A DNA stretch of 32,000 bases from Xylanibacter ruminicola 23 (GCF_000025925.1 NC_014033.1:3510001-3542000); one strand, 5' to 3'; numbered from the stretch's first letter, positions 15,880-26,700 are shown. Numbers and translations: made by a program. The notes: generated from the letters alone by a model not told the origin.

Positions 15880-17591
15880 GCAGATTTGAACTCCAGTCGC
15901 ATCTGAATGATGTGTATGCCCACTTCCCAGAAGCTGAGAAGCGTCCTGTGATTGGTATTACTGGCAATTACGAAGACCTGACATGTAAGTTGGGTCGAGG
16001 CTATTATCAGTCGGTAGTAGCAGCAGGTGGTGTGCCCGTTGTTATTCCGCCTGTGGCCGATAAGCATGTAATTGTAAATACCTTAGAGCATATCGACGCC
16101 CTTATCCTGAGTGGTGGAGGTGATATCAATCCCCTTTGGGCAGGCGAGGAGCCTTCGCCCAAGCTGCATGGTATCAATCAGGAACGCGACCTGCCCGAAT
16201 TGTTGATTGCCCGTTTGGCCTACAACCGTCAGATTCCTATGCTGGGTATCTGTCGTGGTATCCAGACGCTGGCTACAGCGTTTGGCGGCAAGGTGGCACA
16301 GGACATCAGCGATGTGGCAACCATCAAGCATTCGCAGGATGCCGACCGTTCGGAACCTACACATAGCGTGATTATCGACGAAGATTCAAGTTTGTTCGAT
16401 ATTTATAAATCTACCAAGGTGATGGTTAACTCGTTCCATCATCAGGCTGTGGCCGAAGCTGGCGATAAGTTCAGAGTAATAGCCAAGTCGCCCGATGGTA
16501 TCATCGAAGCGATGGAGAGTAGCGAGTTTAAATCGATATTGGGTGTTCAGTGGCATCCCGAGTGTTTGGAAGAAGGCCTGCCCTTGTTCCAGTGGTTGGT
16601 TAACGAGGCCAAGAGTTTTCGTGAAGCTCATACCACTCACGATCGTGTGCTTACACTCGATACCCATTGCGATACACCTATGTTCTTTCCTCAGGGCATA
16701 CACTTTGAGCAGCGCGACCCCAAGATTCTTGTAGATTTGCACAAGATGACCGAAGGTCGTCAGGATGCTACCATCATGGTAGCTTATCTGCCCCAGCCAA
16801 CCGAGAATCCTACGGCCTTTGCTGATAGCATTTTCGACCAGATTGAGGTGATTGTTGGGCAGAACAGCGATTATGTACGTATCGCTAACACGCCTCGCGA
16901 CCTCTGGATGAACAAGCATCAGGGCTTGAAGAGCATTATGCTTGGTATCGAGAACGGTATCGCTATCGACGGTAAGCTGGAGAATCTGCAGCATTTTGTG
17001 GATCGCGGTATCGTATATATGACTCTCTGTCATAATGGTGATAACGATATTTGCGATTCGGCTTCGAAAACACAGCACACGCATCATGGTGTGAGTGCTT
17101 TCGGCGAGCAGGTTATCAAGGAGATGAACCGTTTGGGCGTGCTTGTTGATATGAGCCATGCTGGCGAGGAGAGCTTCTATCAGGCGCTCGAAATCAGCAG
17201 CAAACCTATTGTTTGCAGTCACTCGTCGGCACGTGCGCTTTGCGATCATCCTCGTAACCTTACCGACGACCAGATGCGTGCCCTTGCACAGAAAGGTGGC
17301 GTAGCACAGACTACCATCTATCACGGATTCCTGAAGAAGGATGGCGAGGCTACCATCAACGATGTGATTGCTCACTTAGAGCATGCCATTGATGTGATGG
17401 GTATCGACCATGTGGGTCTTGGTACCGACTTTGATGGCGACGGTGGTGTTCGTGGCTTGGCCGATTCGTCGGAACTGATTAATTTTACCCGTAGATTGCT
17501 GGCCCGTCGCTTCAGTGAGCACGACATCCAGAAAATCTGGGGTGGTAACTTCCTGCGTGTGATGGAGGAAGTACAAAAAGTTAGATATTAA
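15876..17591 (+). CDS. Two-domain fusion: peptidase C26 / class-I glutamine amidotransferase-like gamma-glutamyl hydrolase (aa ~20-245) plus M19 renal-type dipeptidase (aa ~256-571)
   Basis: ATGA overlap with the lrp stop. C26 part: LSGGGDINP, nucleophile GICRGIQ, QWHPE. M19 part: LDTHCDTP (HxD), MTLCHNGDNDI, VDMSHAGE, VCSHSSARALCDHPRNLTDDQ, GLGTDFDG, IWGGNFLRV. Confidence 0.85.
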   Translation: MSRFELQSHLNDVYAHFPEAEKRPVIGITGNYEDLTCKLGRGYYQSVVAAGGVPVVIPPVADKHVIVNTLEHIDALILSGGGDINPLWAGEEPSPKLHGINQERDLPELLIARLAYNRQIPMLGICRGIQTLATAFGGKVAQDISDVATIKHSQDADRSEPTHSVIIDEDSSLFDIYKSTKVMVNSFHHQAVAEAGDKFRVIAKSPDGIIEAMESSEFKSILGVQWHPECLEEGLPLFQWLVNEAKSFREAHTTHDRVLTLDTHCDTPMFFPQGIHFEQRDPKILVDLHKMTEGRQDATIMVAYLPQPTENPTAFADSIFDQIEVIVGQNSDYVRIANTPRDLWMNKHQGLKSIMLGIENGIAIDGKLENLQHFVDRGIVYMTLCHNGDNDICDSASKTQHTHHGVSAFGEQVIKEMNRLGVLVDMSHAGEESFYQALEISSKPIVCSHSSARALCDHPRNLTDDQMRALAQKGGVAQTTIYHGFLKKDGEATINDVIAHLEHAIDVMGIDHVGLGTDFDGDGGVRGLADSSELINFTRRLLARRFSEHDIQKIWGGNFLRVMEEVQKVRY

Positions 17592-17593
17592 AC

Positions 17594-18583
17594 ATGAATA
17601 AGAATATTTTTGCGGTTATATCGCTGGTGCTTTTGGTGGCCAGTTGTGGTAATTTAAAGAAGCAGACTACCGATGAGTCGGCTTCTTTGCAGCCTGTTGG
17701 TCCTGTGTTCTGTGCCGATAGTGCTTATCTGTACTGTCAGGCTCAGTGCGATTTCGGTCCACGAACCATGAACAGCAAGGCGCACGACGATTGCGAAAAG
17801 TGGATTATCTCAAAGTTCGAGAGTTTCGGCATGCAGGTAACCCCACAGAAAGCTGTGTTGAAGGGCTACGATGGTACATCGCTCAACAGCACCAACATCA
17901 TTGCCAGCTATCGTCCTGATCTGACCGACCGCGTATTGCTGTGTGCCCACTGGGACAGTCGTCCTTGGGCTGATAACGATCCCGACGAGGCTAACTGGAA
18001 AACACCTGTGATGGCTGCTAACGATGGTGCATCGGGCGTGGCTGTGATGTTGGAGATTGCCCGTTTGCTCTCTAAGGATACCTTGCAGCTTGGTGTTGAT
18101 TTTATCTGCTTTGATGCCGAAGACTGGGGCGTACCACAGTGGAACGAGGATAATTTCGATAGCGAGTCGTGGGCGCTTGGTGCTCAGTATTGGTCGACTA
18201 ATCTGCATAAGAAAGGCTATCGTGCCCGCTTTGGTATCCTGCTTGATATGGTAGGCGGTCAGGGTGCGCAGTTCTATAAAGAGGCCATGTCTGTTCAGTA
18301 TGCCAATCATATCGTAGAGAAAGTATGGCGCGCTGCTCAGGTAGTAGGTTACGGTAGCTTGTTCCCCTCGCAGCAGGGTACTGGCGTTACCGACGATCAT
18401 ATCTCGGTGAACACCAAGGCTAAGATTCCAACTATCGATATCATCCCTTATTATCCTAACTGCGAGCAGAGTTCGTTCGGACCTACTTGGCATACCGTTA
18501 ACGATGATATGGAACATATCGACAAAAATACCCTACAGGCAGTAGGGCAGACATTAATTCAGGTACTCTTCTCCGAGAAGTAG
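17594..18583 (+). CDS. Glutaminyl-peptide cyclotransferase (M28-fold, animal-type QC), lipoprotein
   Basis: Lipobox LLVASC|GN. LLCAHWDSRPWADND, AANDGASGVAVMLEIARLL, FICFDAEDWG. Starts 3 nt after the preceding stop. Stop TAG. Confidence 0.85.
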   Translation: MNKNIFAVISLVLLVASCGNLKKQTTDESASLQPVGPVFCADSAYLYCQAQCDFGPRTMNSKAHDDCEKWIISKFESFGMQVTPQKAVLKGYDGTSLNSTNIIASYRPDLTDRVLLCAHWDSRPWADNDPDEANWKTPVMAANDGASGVAVMLEIARLLSKDTLQLGVDFICFDAEDWGVPQWNEDNFDSESWALGAQYWSTNLHKKGYRARFGILLDMVGGQGAQFYKEAMSVQYANHIVEKVWRAAQVVGYGSLFPSQQGTGVTDDHISVNTKAKIPTIDIIPYYPNCEQSSFGPTWHTVNDDMEHIDKNTLQAVGQTLIQVLFSEK

Positions 18584-18594
18584 TACCTGAATTA
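18555..18594. terminator. Long hairpin spanning the QC stop codon, between convergent genes
   Basis: TAATTCAGGTACTCTTCT (18555-18572) pairs with AGAAG.AGTACCTGAATTA (18576-18594), with a 1-nt bulge and a 3-nt loop. It is the only structure in the 26-nt gap between the convergent stops. Confidence 0.5.
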
Positions 18595-18609
18595 TTCTTC
18601 TTGTAATTC

Positions 18610-19692
18610 TTATTTCTTAGGTTGCTCGGCTTCCAACTTCTCTACGGCGCCTGTCAAGGTGTTGAGAAGTAGGCGTGTGGTGTATTTCTTGTTGAACAAA
18701 GCACCACTCAGCAGCTCTACATTGCCGAACTGGGCTGCAGGAAACTCGTTGCTGACAATCTGATTCTTAGCATCGAAGATGGTTGAGCGCAACTTGCCTG
18801 GGATGTTTACATAGATGCCCGACTGCTGCGGCTTGGCAGCTTTCTTGGGATCTACGGGCGCAGGTTCGTCAACCGTTTTCAGGTCCTCTATATTAATATA
18901 ATAAGGTGTACCCGACAAATCATCGCTGTCAACCACTCCGTAATCAGGCGAGAAACGGAACAGTACATCGCGTTTCGTTGGCTTGTCAACCACGTAGGTA
19001 AACGTATGTGTGGTGGTATCGTTCTCGGTGGTGCCGATAAACATACTGGTGAGCGCCTCGTTCTGTGTGTTCAGTTCCTCCAGCATCAGTTTCAGTTGCT
19101 CGCCATCCTTAGGCATAAAGTCGGCCTGGCCCTTGGCCAGCATGCTTTTGCTCTCACGTATCTCGTAGATCTCCTGAGCAGTAAGCTCGGCCATCTTGGC
19201 GGTGCTGCCTGCCGAGAGAATCTCTTCGTTCAGATACGATTTGGGCGATTTCTTTAAAGGACGGATCTGCTGCACTGGGGCAGAAATGCTCTTAGACTGC
19301 TGCTTGGCATCGGTGTTGATGGCTAGCAGGATACCCTTGTCGCTCAGGCGTACGTTGCAGGCCGATGTCTTGGCATCAAACTTCACAGCGTAACACTTCG
19401 ATGTGTCGGCTACAGCAAATGGCTCCTGCTTTACCGACAGGATGCGATATTTGGTAGATGCGCTGGCAGGCACATCTTTCATACGTAGAAATTTCTCCGA
19501 ATACTTGCAGAATTCACCTGGGGTATAGGTACTCTTCTCCACCTGCATGGTAACGCGGATGGCTGTTTTGGGCAGATAATATACGGCGCCCTCGCTGGTA
19601 ACACCAGGTTTGTACGAACTGATTACGGTTTGTGCCAGCGAACTGGCAGTGCCTAATGTAAAGGCTATCAATAAAGTGCTAAATAATTTCAT
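18610..19692 (-). CDS. Secreted hypothetical protein (360 aa); possibly DUF4831-like (recalled from memory, unverified)
   Basis: Signal peptide MKLFSTLLIAFTLGTASSLA|Q. ATGA overlap with the nnr stop, so it is translationally coupled. No catalytic motif recognised. Confidence 0.7.
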   Translation of the reverse strand: MKLFSTLLIAFTLGTASSLAQTVISSYKPGVTSEGAVYYLPKTAIRVTMQVEKSTYTPGEFCKYSEKFLRMKDVPASASTKYRILSVKQEPFAVADTSKCYAVKFDAKTSACNVRLSDKGILLAINTDAKQQSKSISAPVQQIRPLKKSPKSYLNEEILSAGSTAKMAELTAQEIYEIRESKSMLAKGQADFMPKDGEQLKLMLEELNTQNEALTSMFIGTTENDTTTHTFTYVVDKPTKRDVLFRFSPDYGVVDSDDLSGTPYYINIEDLKTVDEPAPVDPKKAAKPQQSGIYVNIPGKLRSTIFDAKNQIVSNEFPAAQFGNVELLSGALFNKKYTTRLLLNTLTGAVEKLEAEQPKK

Positions 19693-21200
19693 TCATTAAG
19701 TCGTTTAAATGCATAAGGCAAGTTCTGAATCAAATCGCTGGCTATTACGCTTTCCTCGCCCAGCTCGCGAGCGGCAATGTCGCCAGCCAGTCCGTGCAGA
19801 TACATACCTACAACACATGCGTTTTCTTGATTATAGCCACGAGCCAGCAGTCCTGTGATGATACCTGTTAGCACGTCGCCGCTACCGGCAGTAGCCATAC
19901 CGGCATTACCAGTAGAGTTAAAGATGATATGACCGTCGGGCAGGCACAGCGAGGTGTGGTGCCCTTTCAGTACGATGTAGGCCTGCAGGCGCTCAGCCAG
20001 ATCGCGCGCCTTCATCAGACGCTCAAAGCTATCGCCCGAATGACCTTCCAAACGGTCGAATTCCTTGGGGTGGGGGGTCATGATGATACCCTTGGGCAGT
20101 TGCTGCAGCCATGCGCGATGACTGGCCAGAATATTAATGGCGTCGGCATCTACCACTGTGGGGCATTGACTGCGGCGCAGCTGTGCAATGATGGCAATTG
20201 CCGTTTGCTCGCTGGTTCCCAAGCCAGGACCAATGCCCAACGCATTGAAGTCTTCGGTGTCAACCGCCTCCGAGAAAGTGGTTTCCTCTCTGTCGAACTG
20301 TATGATGGCTTCGGGAACGCTCACCTGCAGAATGTTGCAGTTGCGTTTGGGTGTGTGGGTAGTGACCTTTCCTACACCTACGCGCAAACATGCTTTGGTG
20401 GCCAGCACCGAAGCACCTGCCATACCGTAGCTGCCGGCAATAATCAGGGCGTTGCCCATCTTGCCTTTGTGGGCAAACGGGTCGCGCTTCAGCAGGCGTG
20501 GGCGCACGTCGTTCTCCTCCAGCAGCGTATAGTTGGCATCAATCTTCTCCATGCCCTGTTTGCTCAGTCGGATATCCAGCACCTTCAGTTTGCCGATGAA
20601 TATCTGGTTTTCGGGGAACAGGAACGACAGCTTCGGCAACTGCAGTGTTAGCGTCATATCGGCACGGATAATGTTGGCTCTTACGTTGTAAGTGTTGTCT
20701 TCGGTCATCAGTCCCGATGGCACATCGATACTTACCACCTGAGCGGGCGAGGCGTTGATGTATTTCACGAGCGACGAGAAACCACCGGCCAACGGCTTGT
20801 TGATGCCCGATCCGAACAGTCCGTCAACCACCAGCATGCCCTCCTCTAACTGTGGGGGCTCAAACTCCTGGGTTACCTCAATCAGCGCTTTCGAGCGTTT
20901 CTCAATCAAACGCTTCTTGTTTATCATGCAGTCTTCCGAGAGATGACCTGATATGTTAAAAAGGTAGGCTGTTACATCGTAGTTTTTGTCAATCAGCATG
21001 CGGGCAACGGCCAGTGCGTCGCCGCCATTATTGCCTGGACCTGCGAATATGATGACGGGCGTGGTATAACCCCAGCTGTCGGCGATAGCTTGGGTCAGGG
21101 CTTTAGCGGCACGCTCCATCAGGTCGACCGACTTAATGGGCTCGTTCTCTATGGTGTATTTGTCCAATTCGTGGACTTGTGCGCTCGTAAATATCTTCAT
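19689..21200 (-). CDS. nnr: Bifunctional NAD(P)H-hydrate repair enzyme (epimerase + ADP-dependent dehydratase)
   Basis: Start moved to ATG 21200 (MKIFTSAQVHELD) because the -7 box lies at 21208-21215. YjeF_N motif FAGPGNNGGDALAVAR. C-terminal kinase-fold motif ATAGSGDVLTGIITGLLA. Confidence 0.9.
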   Translation of the reverse strand: MKIFTSAQVHELDKYTIENEPIKSVDLMERAAKALTQAIADSWGYTTPVIIFAGPGNNGGDALAVARMLIDKNYDVTAYLFNISGHLSEDCMINKKRLIEKRSKALIEVTQEFEPPQLEEGMLVVDGLFGSGINKPLAGGFSSLVKYINASPAQVVSIDVPSGLMTEDNTYNVRANIIRADMTLTLQLPKLSFLFPENQIFIGKLKVLDIRLSKQGMEKIDANYTLLEENDVRPRLLKRDPFAHKGKMGNALIIAGSYGMAGASVLATKACLRVGVGKVTTHTPKRNCNILQVSVPEAIIQFDREETTFSEAVDTEDFNALGIGPGLGTSEQTAIAIIAQLRRSQCPTVVDADAINILASHRAWLQQLPKGIIMTPHPKEFDRLEGHSGDSFERLMKARDLAERLQAYIVLKGHHTSLCLPDGHIIFNSTGNAGMATAGSGDVLTGIITGLLARGYNQENACVVGMYLHGLAGDIAARELGEESVIASDLIQNLPYAFKRLNE

Positions 21201-21207
21201 AATGGTG

Positions 21208-21215
21208 CAAAAATA
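21208..21215 (-). promoter_or_regulatory. -7 promoter box (minus strand) for nnr operon
   Basis: The reverse complement reads TATTTTTG, 8 nt upstream of ATG 21200, implying a very short leader. Confidence 0.4.
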
Positions 21216-21258
21216 CGAAAAAATTGCTAATGAATGATAGAGTTTGGCAGATTTTTTG

Positions 21259-21266
21259 TAATTTTG
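21259..21266 (+). promoter_or_regulatory. -7 promoter box for hpt-adk-obg
   Basis: TAATTTTG, 26 nt upstream of ATG 21292. Confidence 0.5.
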
Positions 21267-21291
21267 CACAAATTTTTAATTCTTTCAGCGT

Positions 21292-21828
21292 ATGAGTATC
21301 GTAAAGATAAAGGACAAGTCGTTCAAGATCTCCATTACGGAGGCTGAGATTAAGGAGCGTGTAAAGGCTGTTGCACAGCAGATTAGTAAGGATATGGAGG
21401 GCAAGAATCCTCTGTTGTTAGGTGTGCTGAATGGCGCTTTTATGTTTGCTGCCGATCTGATGCGCGAGATGACTATTCCTTGCGAGATTTCGTTTGTTAA
21501 GCTGGCCTCTTATCAGGGTACCACTTCTACTGGTAAAATCAAGGAGGTGTTCGGTATCAACGAAGACTTGACCAATCGTACGGTGATTATTGTAGAGGAT
21601 ATTGTGGAGAGCGGACTCACCATGAAGCAGATGATTGAGTCGTTAGGCACACGTAATCCCGCATCTATTCATATCTGCACCCTTTTCTTCAAGCCCAGCA
21701 AGCTGAAGGAGAAAATTAACCCCGAGTATGTTGCCTTCAGCATTCCTGACGACTTTATCCTGGGTTACGGACTTGATTACGATCAGCAGGGTCGCGGACT
21801 GAAAGATGTATACACCATTATCGAGTAA
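21292..21828 (+). CDS. hpt: Hypoxanthine(-guanine) phosphoribosyltransferase
   Basis: PRPP-binding motif VIIVEDIVESGLTM, LLGVLNGAFMFAADL, GYGLDYD. 178 aa. Confidence 0.93.
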   Translation: MSIVKIKDKSFKISITEAEIKERVKAVAQQISKDMEGKNPLLLGVLNGAFMFAADLMREMTIPCEISFVKLASYQGTTSTGKIKEVFGINEDLTNRTVIIVEDIVESGLTMKQMIESLGTRNPASIHICTLFFKPSKLKEKINPEYVAFSIPDDFILGYGLDYDQQGRGLKDVYTIIE

Positions 21829-21858
21829 GTAACTTAAATTAAACTAAATATCAGGATA

Positions 21859-22431
21859 ATGAAGAATATCGTTATTTTTGGTGCTCCCGGTTCAGGTAAG
21901 GGAACACAGAGTGATAAGATGATTGAGAAGTACGGTTTGAACCACATTTCAACTGGTGATGTACTTCGTGGTGAAATTAAGAATGGTACCGAGCTGGGTA
22001 AGACTGCTGCCAGCTATATCGAGAAGGGACAGCTGATCCCCGACGATCTGATGGTAAGCATTCTCGCTTCGGTTTACGATAGCTTCGGACGTGATAGCAA
22101 GGGTGTTATCTTCGATGGTTTCCCCCGCACCATCCCACAGGCCGAGGCCCTGAAGAAGATGCTCGACGAGCGTGGCGACAAGGTTGCTGCTATGATCGAG
22201 CTCGATGTTCCCGAGGACGAGCTGATGAAGCGCCTCATTCTGCGTGGTCAGCAGAGCGGCCGTGCCGACGATAATGAGGAGACCATCAAGAAGCGTCTCG
22301 TGGTTTACCACTCTCAGACAATGCCACTTATCGAGTGGTACAAGCAGGAGGGTGTTCACTATCACATCGACGGTCTGGGTGAGCTCGACCGCATTTTTGC
22401 AGACATTTGCCAGGTTATTGACAATATCTAA
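21859..22431 (+). CDS. adk: Adenylate kinase (short-lid type)
   Basis: P-loop IFGAPGSGKGTQ, STGDVLR, DGFPRT, GRADDNEETIKKRL. 190 aa. Confidence 0.96.
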   Translation: MKNIVIFGAPGSGKGTQSDKMIEKYGLNHISTGDVLRGEIKNGTELGKTAASYIEKGQLIPDDLMVSILASVYDSFGRDSKGVIFDGFPRTIPQAEALKKMLDERGDKVAAMIELDVPEDELMKRLILRGQQSGRADDNEETIKKRLVVYHSQTMPLIEWYKQEGVHYHIDGLGELDRIFADICQVIDNI

Positions 22432-23601
22432 ATGGAGAGTAATTTCGTAGACTACGTAAAGATTTACTGCCGCTCTGGAAAGGGTGGTAAGGGCAGTATG
22501 CACTTGCGCCATGTAAAGTATAATCCCAATGGCGGTCCTGATGGTGGTGATGGTGGAAAAGGCGGAAGCATTATTCTGCGTGGAAACCATAACTACTGGA
22601 CTTTGCTCCACTTAAAGTACGAGCGCCATATTTTTGCCGAGCACGGTGGAAATGGCGGTCGCGACAAGTGTCATGGTACCGACGGAAAGGATGTTTACAT
22701 TGATGTGCCTTGTGGTACCGTGGTGTATAATGCCGAAACCGGTAAGTACGTCTGCGATGTTACATACGATGGTCAGGAAGTCATGCTGCTTAAGGGCGGT
22801 CGTGGCGGATTGGGTAACTTCCAGTTCCGCACAGCCACCAATCAGGCGCCCCGTTATGCGCAGCCTGGTGAGCCCATGCAGGAGATGACTATTATTCTTG
22901 AATTGAAACTTTTAGCTGATGTGGGCTTGGTAGGTTTTCCTAATGCAGGAAAATCTACCCTGGTCTCATCGCTGTCAAATGCTAAGCCCAAGATTGCCAA
23001 TTACCCATTTACTACGATGGAGCCTTCGCTGGGTATCGTAGGTTATCGCGACAACAAGTCGTTTGTGATGGCCGATATTCCTGGTATTATCGAAGGTGCC
23101 TCTGAAGGTAAGGGCTTGGGACTTAGATTCTTACGACATATTGAGCGCAACTCGCTCCTGCTGTTCATGGTACCAGGTGATACCGATGATATCAAGCGTG
23201 AGTATGAGATTCTGCTCAACGAACTTCAGCAGTTCAATCCCGAGATGCTCGACAAGCATCGTGTGCTGGCCGTTACCAAGTGCGACCTGCTTGATGAGGA
23301 GTTGGTTGAGATGCTGAAGGAAACCCTGCCTCAGGATCTGCCTGTGGTATTCATTTCAGCCGTAACGGGTTATGGTCTCGACGAACTCAAGGATGTGCTT
23401 TGGAACGAGTTGAATGCCGAAAGCAACAAGCTTAACGTCATCACCTCGGAGGATTCGCTGGTACATCGCGACAAGGATATGAGCCGTTTTGCTCAGGAGC
23501 TTGCCGACGAGGGCGAGGACGAGGATATCGAGTACATCGACGAGGATGATATCGAAGATATCGAGGACTTTGAATACGAGGACTTCGACGACGAAGCATA
23601 A
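22432..23601 (+). CDS. obg: GTPase Obg/CgtA with strongly acidic C-terminal tail
   Basis: Starts directly after the adk stop. Gly-rich Obg fold ([24 protein letters not shown]). G1 [10 protein letters not shown]3 DIPG, G4 TKCD. Tail [31 protein letters not shown]. Confidence 0.96.
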   Translation: MESNFVDYVKIYCRSGKGGKGSMHLRHVKYNPNGGPDGGDGGKGGSIILRGNHNYWTLLHLKYERHIFAEHGGNGGRDKCHGTDGKDVYIDVPCGTVVYNAETGKYVCDVTYDGQEVMLLKGGRGGLGNFQFRTATNQAPRYAQPGEPMQEMTIILELKLLADVGLVGFPNAGKSTLVSSLSNAKPKIANYPFTTMEPSLGIVGYRDNKSFVMADIPGIIEGASEGKGLGLRFLRHIERNSLLLFMVPGDTDDIKREYEILLNELQQFNPEMLDKHRVLAVTKCDLLDEELVEMLKETLPQDLPVVFISAVTGYGLDELKDVLWNELNAESNKLNVITSEDSLVHRDKDMSRFAQELADEGEDEDIEYIDEDDIEDIEDFEYEDFDDEA

Positions 23602-23639
23602 CGTTACGCAACAAATTTTACCAATTTTTTAAAAAATAG

Positions 23640-23670
23640 CCGATTTATAACTTTAAATCGGATTTTTTTT
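23640..23670 (+). terminator. Intrinsic terminator after obg
   Basis: Stem CCGATTTA (23640-23647) / TAAATCGG (23654-23661), then ATTTTTTTT. Confidence 0.7.
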
Positions 23671-23672
23671 CA

Positions 23673-23680
23673 TATCTTTG
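23673..23680 (+). promoter_or_regulatory. -7 promoter box for the TBDR/lipoprotein/nuclease cluster
   Basis: TATCTTTG lies directly after the obg terminator, 64 nt upstream of ATG 23744. Confidence 0.5.
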
Positions 23681-23743
23681 CACCGAAATTTAAACAATCC
23701 GGATTATATCCGCTCATTTAATTAATTAAAACAGTTCTAGTTT

Positions 23744-26700
23744 ATGCAGAAAAGATTGCTCTTTCTGGTTGCTTTAATGTTAACTTTCTCGTTAACATTG
23801 ATGGCACAAATCACAACTTCAAGTATGGCTGGAAAGGTGACCCTCGACACAGCGAATGGCGAGGAAGTCATCGGTGCTACAGTTGTGGCTGTACACGAGC
23901 CCTCTGGTACTCGTTACACAGCAGTAACTAATACCACAGGTCGTTTCTCGATCAATGGTATGCGTACTGGTGGTCCTTACGCAGTGACCATCTCTTACAT
24001 TGGTTTCCAGCCCAAAACCGTCAAGGGTATTACCCTCCAGCTGGCTGAAACCTACAACCTGAATGTATTCCTCACCGAGGATGCTACCGAGCTTGCAGAG
24101 GTTGTTGTAAGCGGTAAGGCTTCAAAGTTTGCTGCTGAGAAGACGGGTGCTGCTACTAACATTAACAGTACGCAGATCACAAACCTGCCAACCGTTAGCC
24201 GTTCTATTACAGATGTAACACGTCTGTCTCCTTACGGAGGTAACGGCATGAGCTTCGCTGGTAGCGATGGTCGTAACGCTAACTTCACCGTTGATGGTGC
24301 TAACTTCAACAACAACTTCGGTCTTTCTGACAAGTTGCCTGGTGGTGGTAACCCAATCTCTATCGATGCTATCGAGGAGTTGCAGGTTGTTATCTCTCCA
24401 TACGATGTTCGTCAGACCAACTTCATCGGTGGTGGTGTAAACGCTATTACCAAGTCGGGTACTAACACCTTCAAGGGTAGTGCTTATGTTTACCACAAGA
24501 ACGAGAACATGCAGGGTGACGCTGTAAATCGTCAGCAGATCCAGGGCGCTCGTGAGAAGGCTCAGACTACTACTTACGGTTTCACACTGGGTGGTCCAAT
24601 CATTAAGAACAAGCTCTTCTTCTTCGTAAACGGTGAAATGATCAAGATTCCTTCAATCGTTAACCGTTGGAAGGGTTCAGATGATGGTAAGGCCGATGCC
24701 GACAACTACATCTCTCGTACTACTAACAAGGATCTTGAGGCTGTTTCTAAGTACATGGCCAGCAAGTATGGTTATGATACCGGTTCATGGACCAGCTTCC
24801 CTGCTGATGAGAGCAACTACAAGCTGATGGCTCGTTTGGACTGGAACATCACCGATCGTCATCACCTGGCTTTGCGCTATAACTATACAAAGAATAATAT
24901 CTGGAACTCGCCTAACGGTACTTCTATGGACGGTGGTACTCGTATGGCTTCTTACCGTATGTCACAGACTTCAATGTCGTTCGCTAACTCAATGTACTCA
25001 ATGGAGAACCTCGTTCACTCTTGGTCATTGGATTTGAACAGCCGTCTGACCGACAACCTGTCGAACCAGTTCCTGGCTACTATCTCTAAGCTCGACGACG
25101 TTCGTGGCACTAACTCTGCTGAGTTCCCATTCATCGATATCACTCGCGATGGCGATAACTATATGGCTCTCGGTTACGAGCTGTTTACTTGGAACAACGC
25201 CGTTCATAACACTATCTGGAACATCAAGGATGATGTTACCTATTATATGGGCGACCACAAGATTATGGCTGGTATTACCTTCGAGCATCAGATGGCCGAC
25301 AACCAGTACATGCGTAATGGTTCTGGTTACTATCGCTACAACATCACCGACGATATGTATGTAGGCGGTGTACTGCAGCCAGATATGCTGTTCAACAGCA
25401 CACCTGAGGTATTCTGCTTGACTTACGGTTACGATGGTGAGGCTGCTCCTGCAGCTCGCGTACAGTTCAACCGTCCTGGTATCTATGCTCAGGATGAGTG
25501 GAACGTTAACAATAAGCTGAAGCTCACATACGGTCTGCGTGTTGACGGTCTGTTCTTCAACAACAGCGACCTGATGACTAACGCTGCTATTCTGAACCTC
25601 GACTACAACGGTCGTCACATCGATACCGGTAAGTGGCCTAAGAACAGCATCACCTTCTCTCCACGTCTCGGCTTCACCTACGATGTATTCGGTGACAAGA
25701 GTCTGAAGGTTCGTGGTGGTACTGGTCTTTTCTCTGGTCGTCTGCCTTTGGTATTCTTCACCAACATGCCAACCAACGGTGGTCTGGTTCAGTATCAGGC
25801 ACAGATCAACGAGAAGAACGCTGCCAAGAAGGGCTTCTCTATGGACGTGTTCGCTGGTGGTCCTATGACCAAGGTTAGCGATATGATTGCTAAGCTGCAG
25901 AGCCTGGGCTATCCTACAACTGTTAAGCCTGAGGACGGAACTGTTCCTTCAGCTGTTAACGGTGTAGATCCTAAGTTCAAGATGCCTTAGGTATGGAAGA
26001 CTTCTGTTGCTATCGACTATCAGCTGCCTGTTGACTTCCCATTCTCAGTTTCTGTTGAGGGTATCTACAACAAGACTATCAATGCTGTGTCAATCTCTGA
26101 CTGGAGCATTAAGAACGTAGGTGGTTTCGCTCGCTTCAACGGTGCCGACAACCGTCCTATCTTCCCCGATGATTTCCGCAGCGGTACAAAGGCATTCGTG
26201 CTCGAGAACACCAGCAAGGGTTACGGTTGGAGTGCTAACGTTACTCTGAACGCTCAGCCTGCTGATTGGATTAGCTTGATGGCTGCTTATACTCACACTG
26301 TATCTAAGGAGGTTACCGGTATGCCTGGTTCGGCTGCTGAGTCTGCCTTCACATACGTTCCTACTTACGAGGGTCCAAACAACATCAAGTTGCACAACTC
26401 TCAGTATGTAACTCCTGATCGTCTGATCGCTTCTGCTACTATCCACGATAAGTGCGGTAACCACTATAACTTCATCTACGAGGCATATCGTGGTGGCTAC
26501 AACTACTCTTACACAACTGTTAACGATATGAACGGCGACGGTTACAACTACGACGCTATCTATATCCCAACAGATGATCAGGTAGGTGTTGGTACAGGCG
26601 ACTTCCGCTTCAAGACTCAGGACGACCTGACTCGCTTCATGGACTATGTTCATAAGGATAGCTACCTGAGCAAGCATCAGGGTACTTACGCCGAGGCTTA

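Noticed and set aside
23698-23715. Small palindrome CGGATTATATCCG in the TBDR1 leader, considered as a regulatory operator.
   Set aside because: It is only 5 bp per arm, is too short to distinguish from chance, and has no second copy upstream of TBDR2.
25988-25990. Genetic-code reassignment of TAG as the explanation for the in-frame stop.
   Set aside because: TAG terminates nrdG (5758-5760) and the glutaminyl cyclase gene (18581-18583) at positions consistent with full-length proteins.
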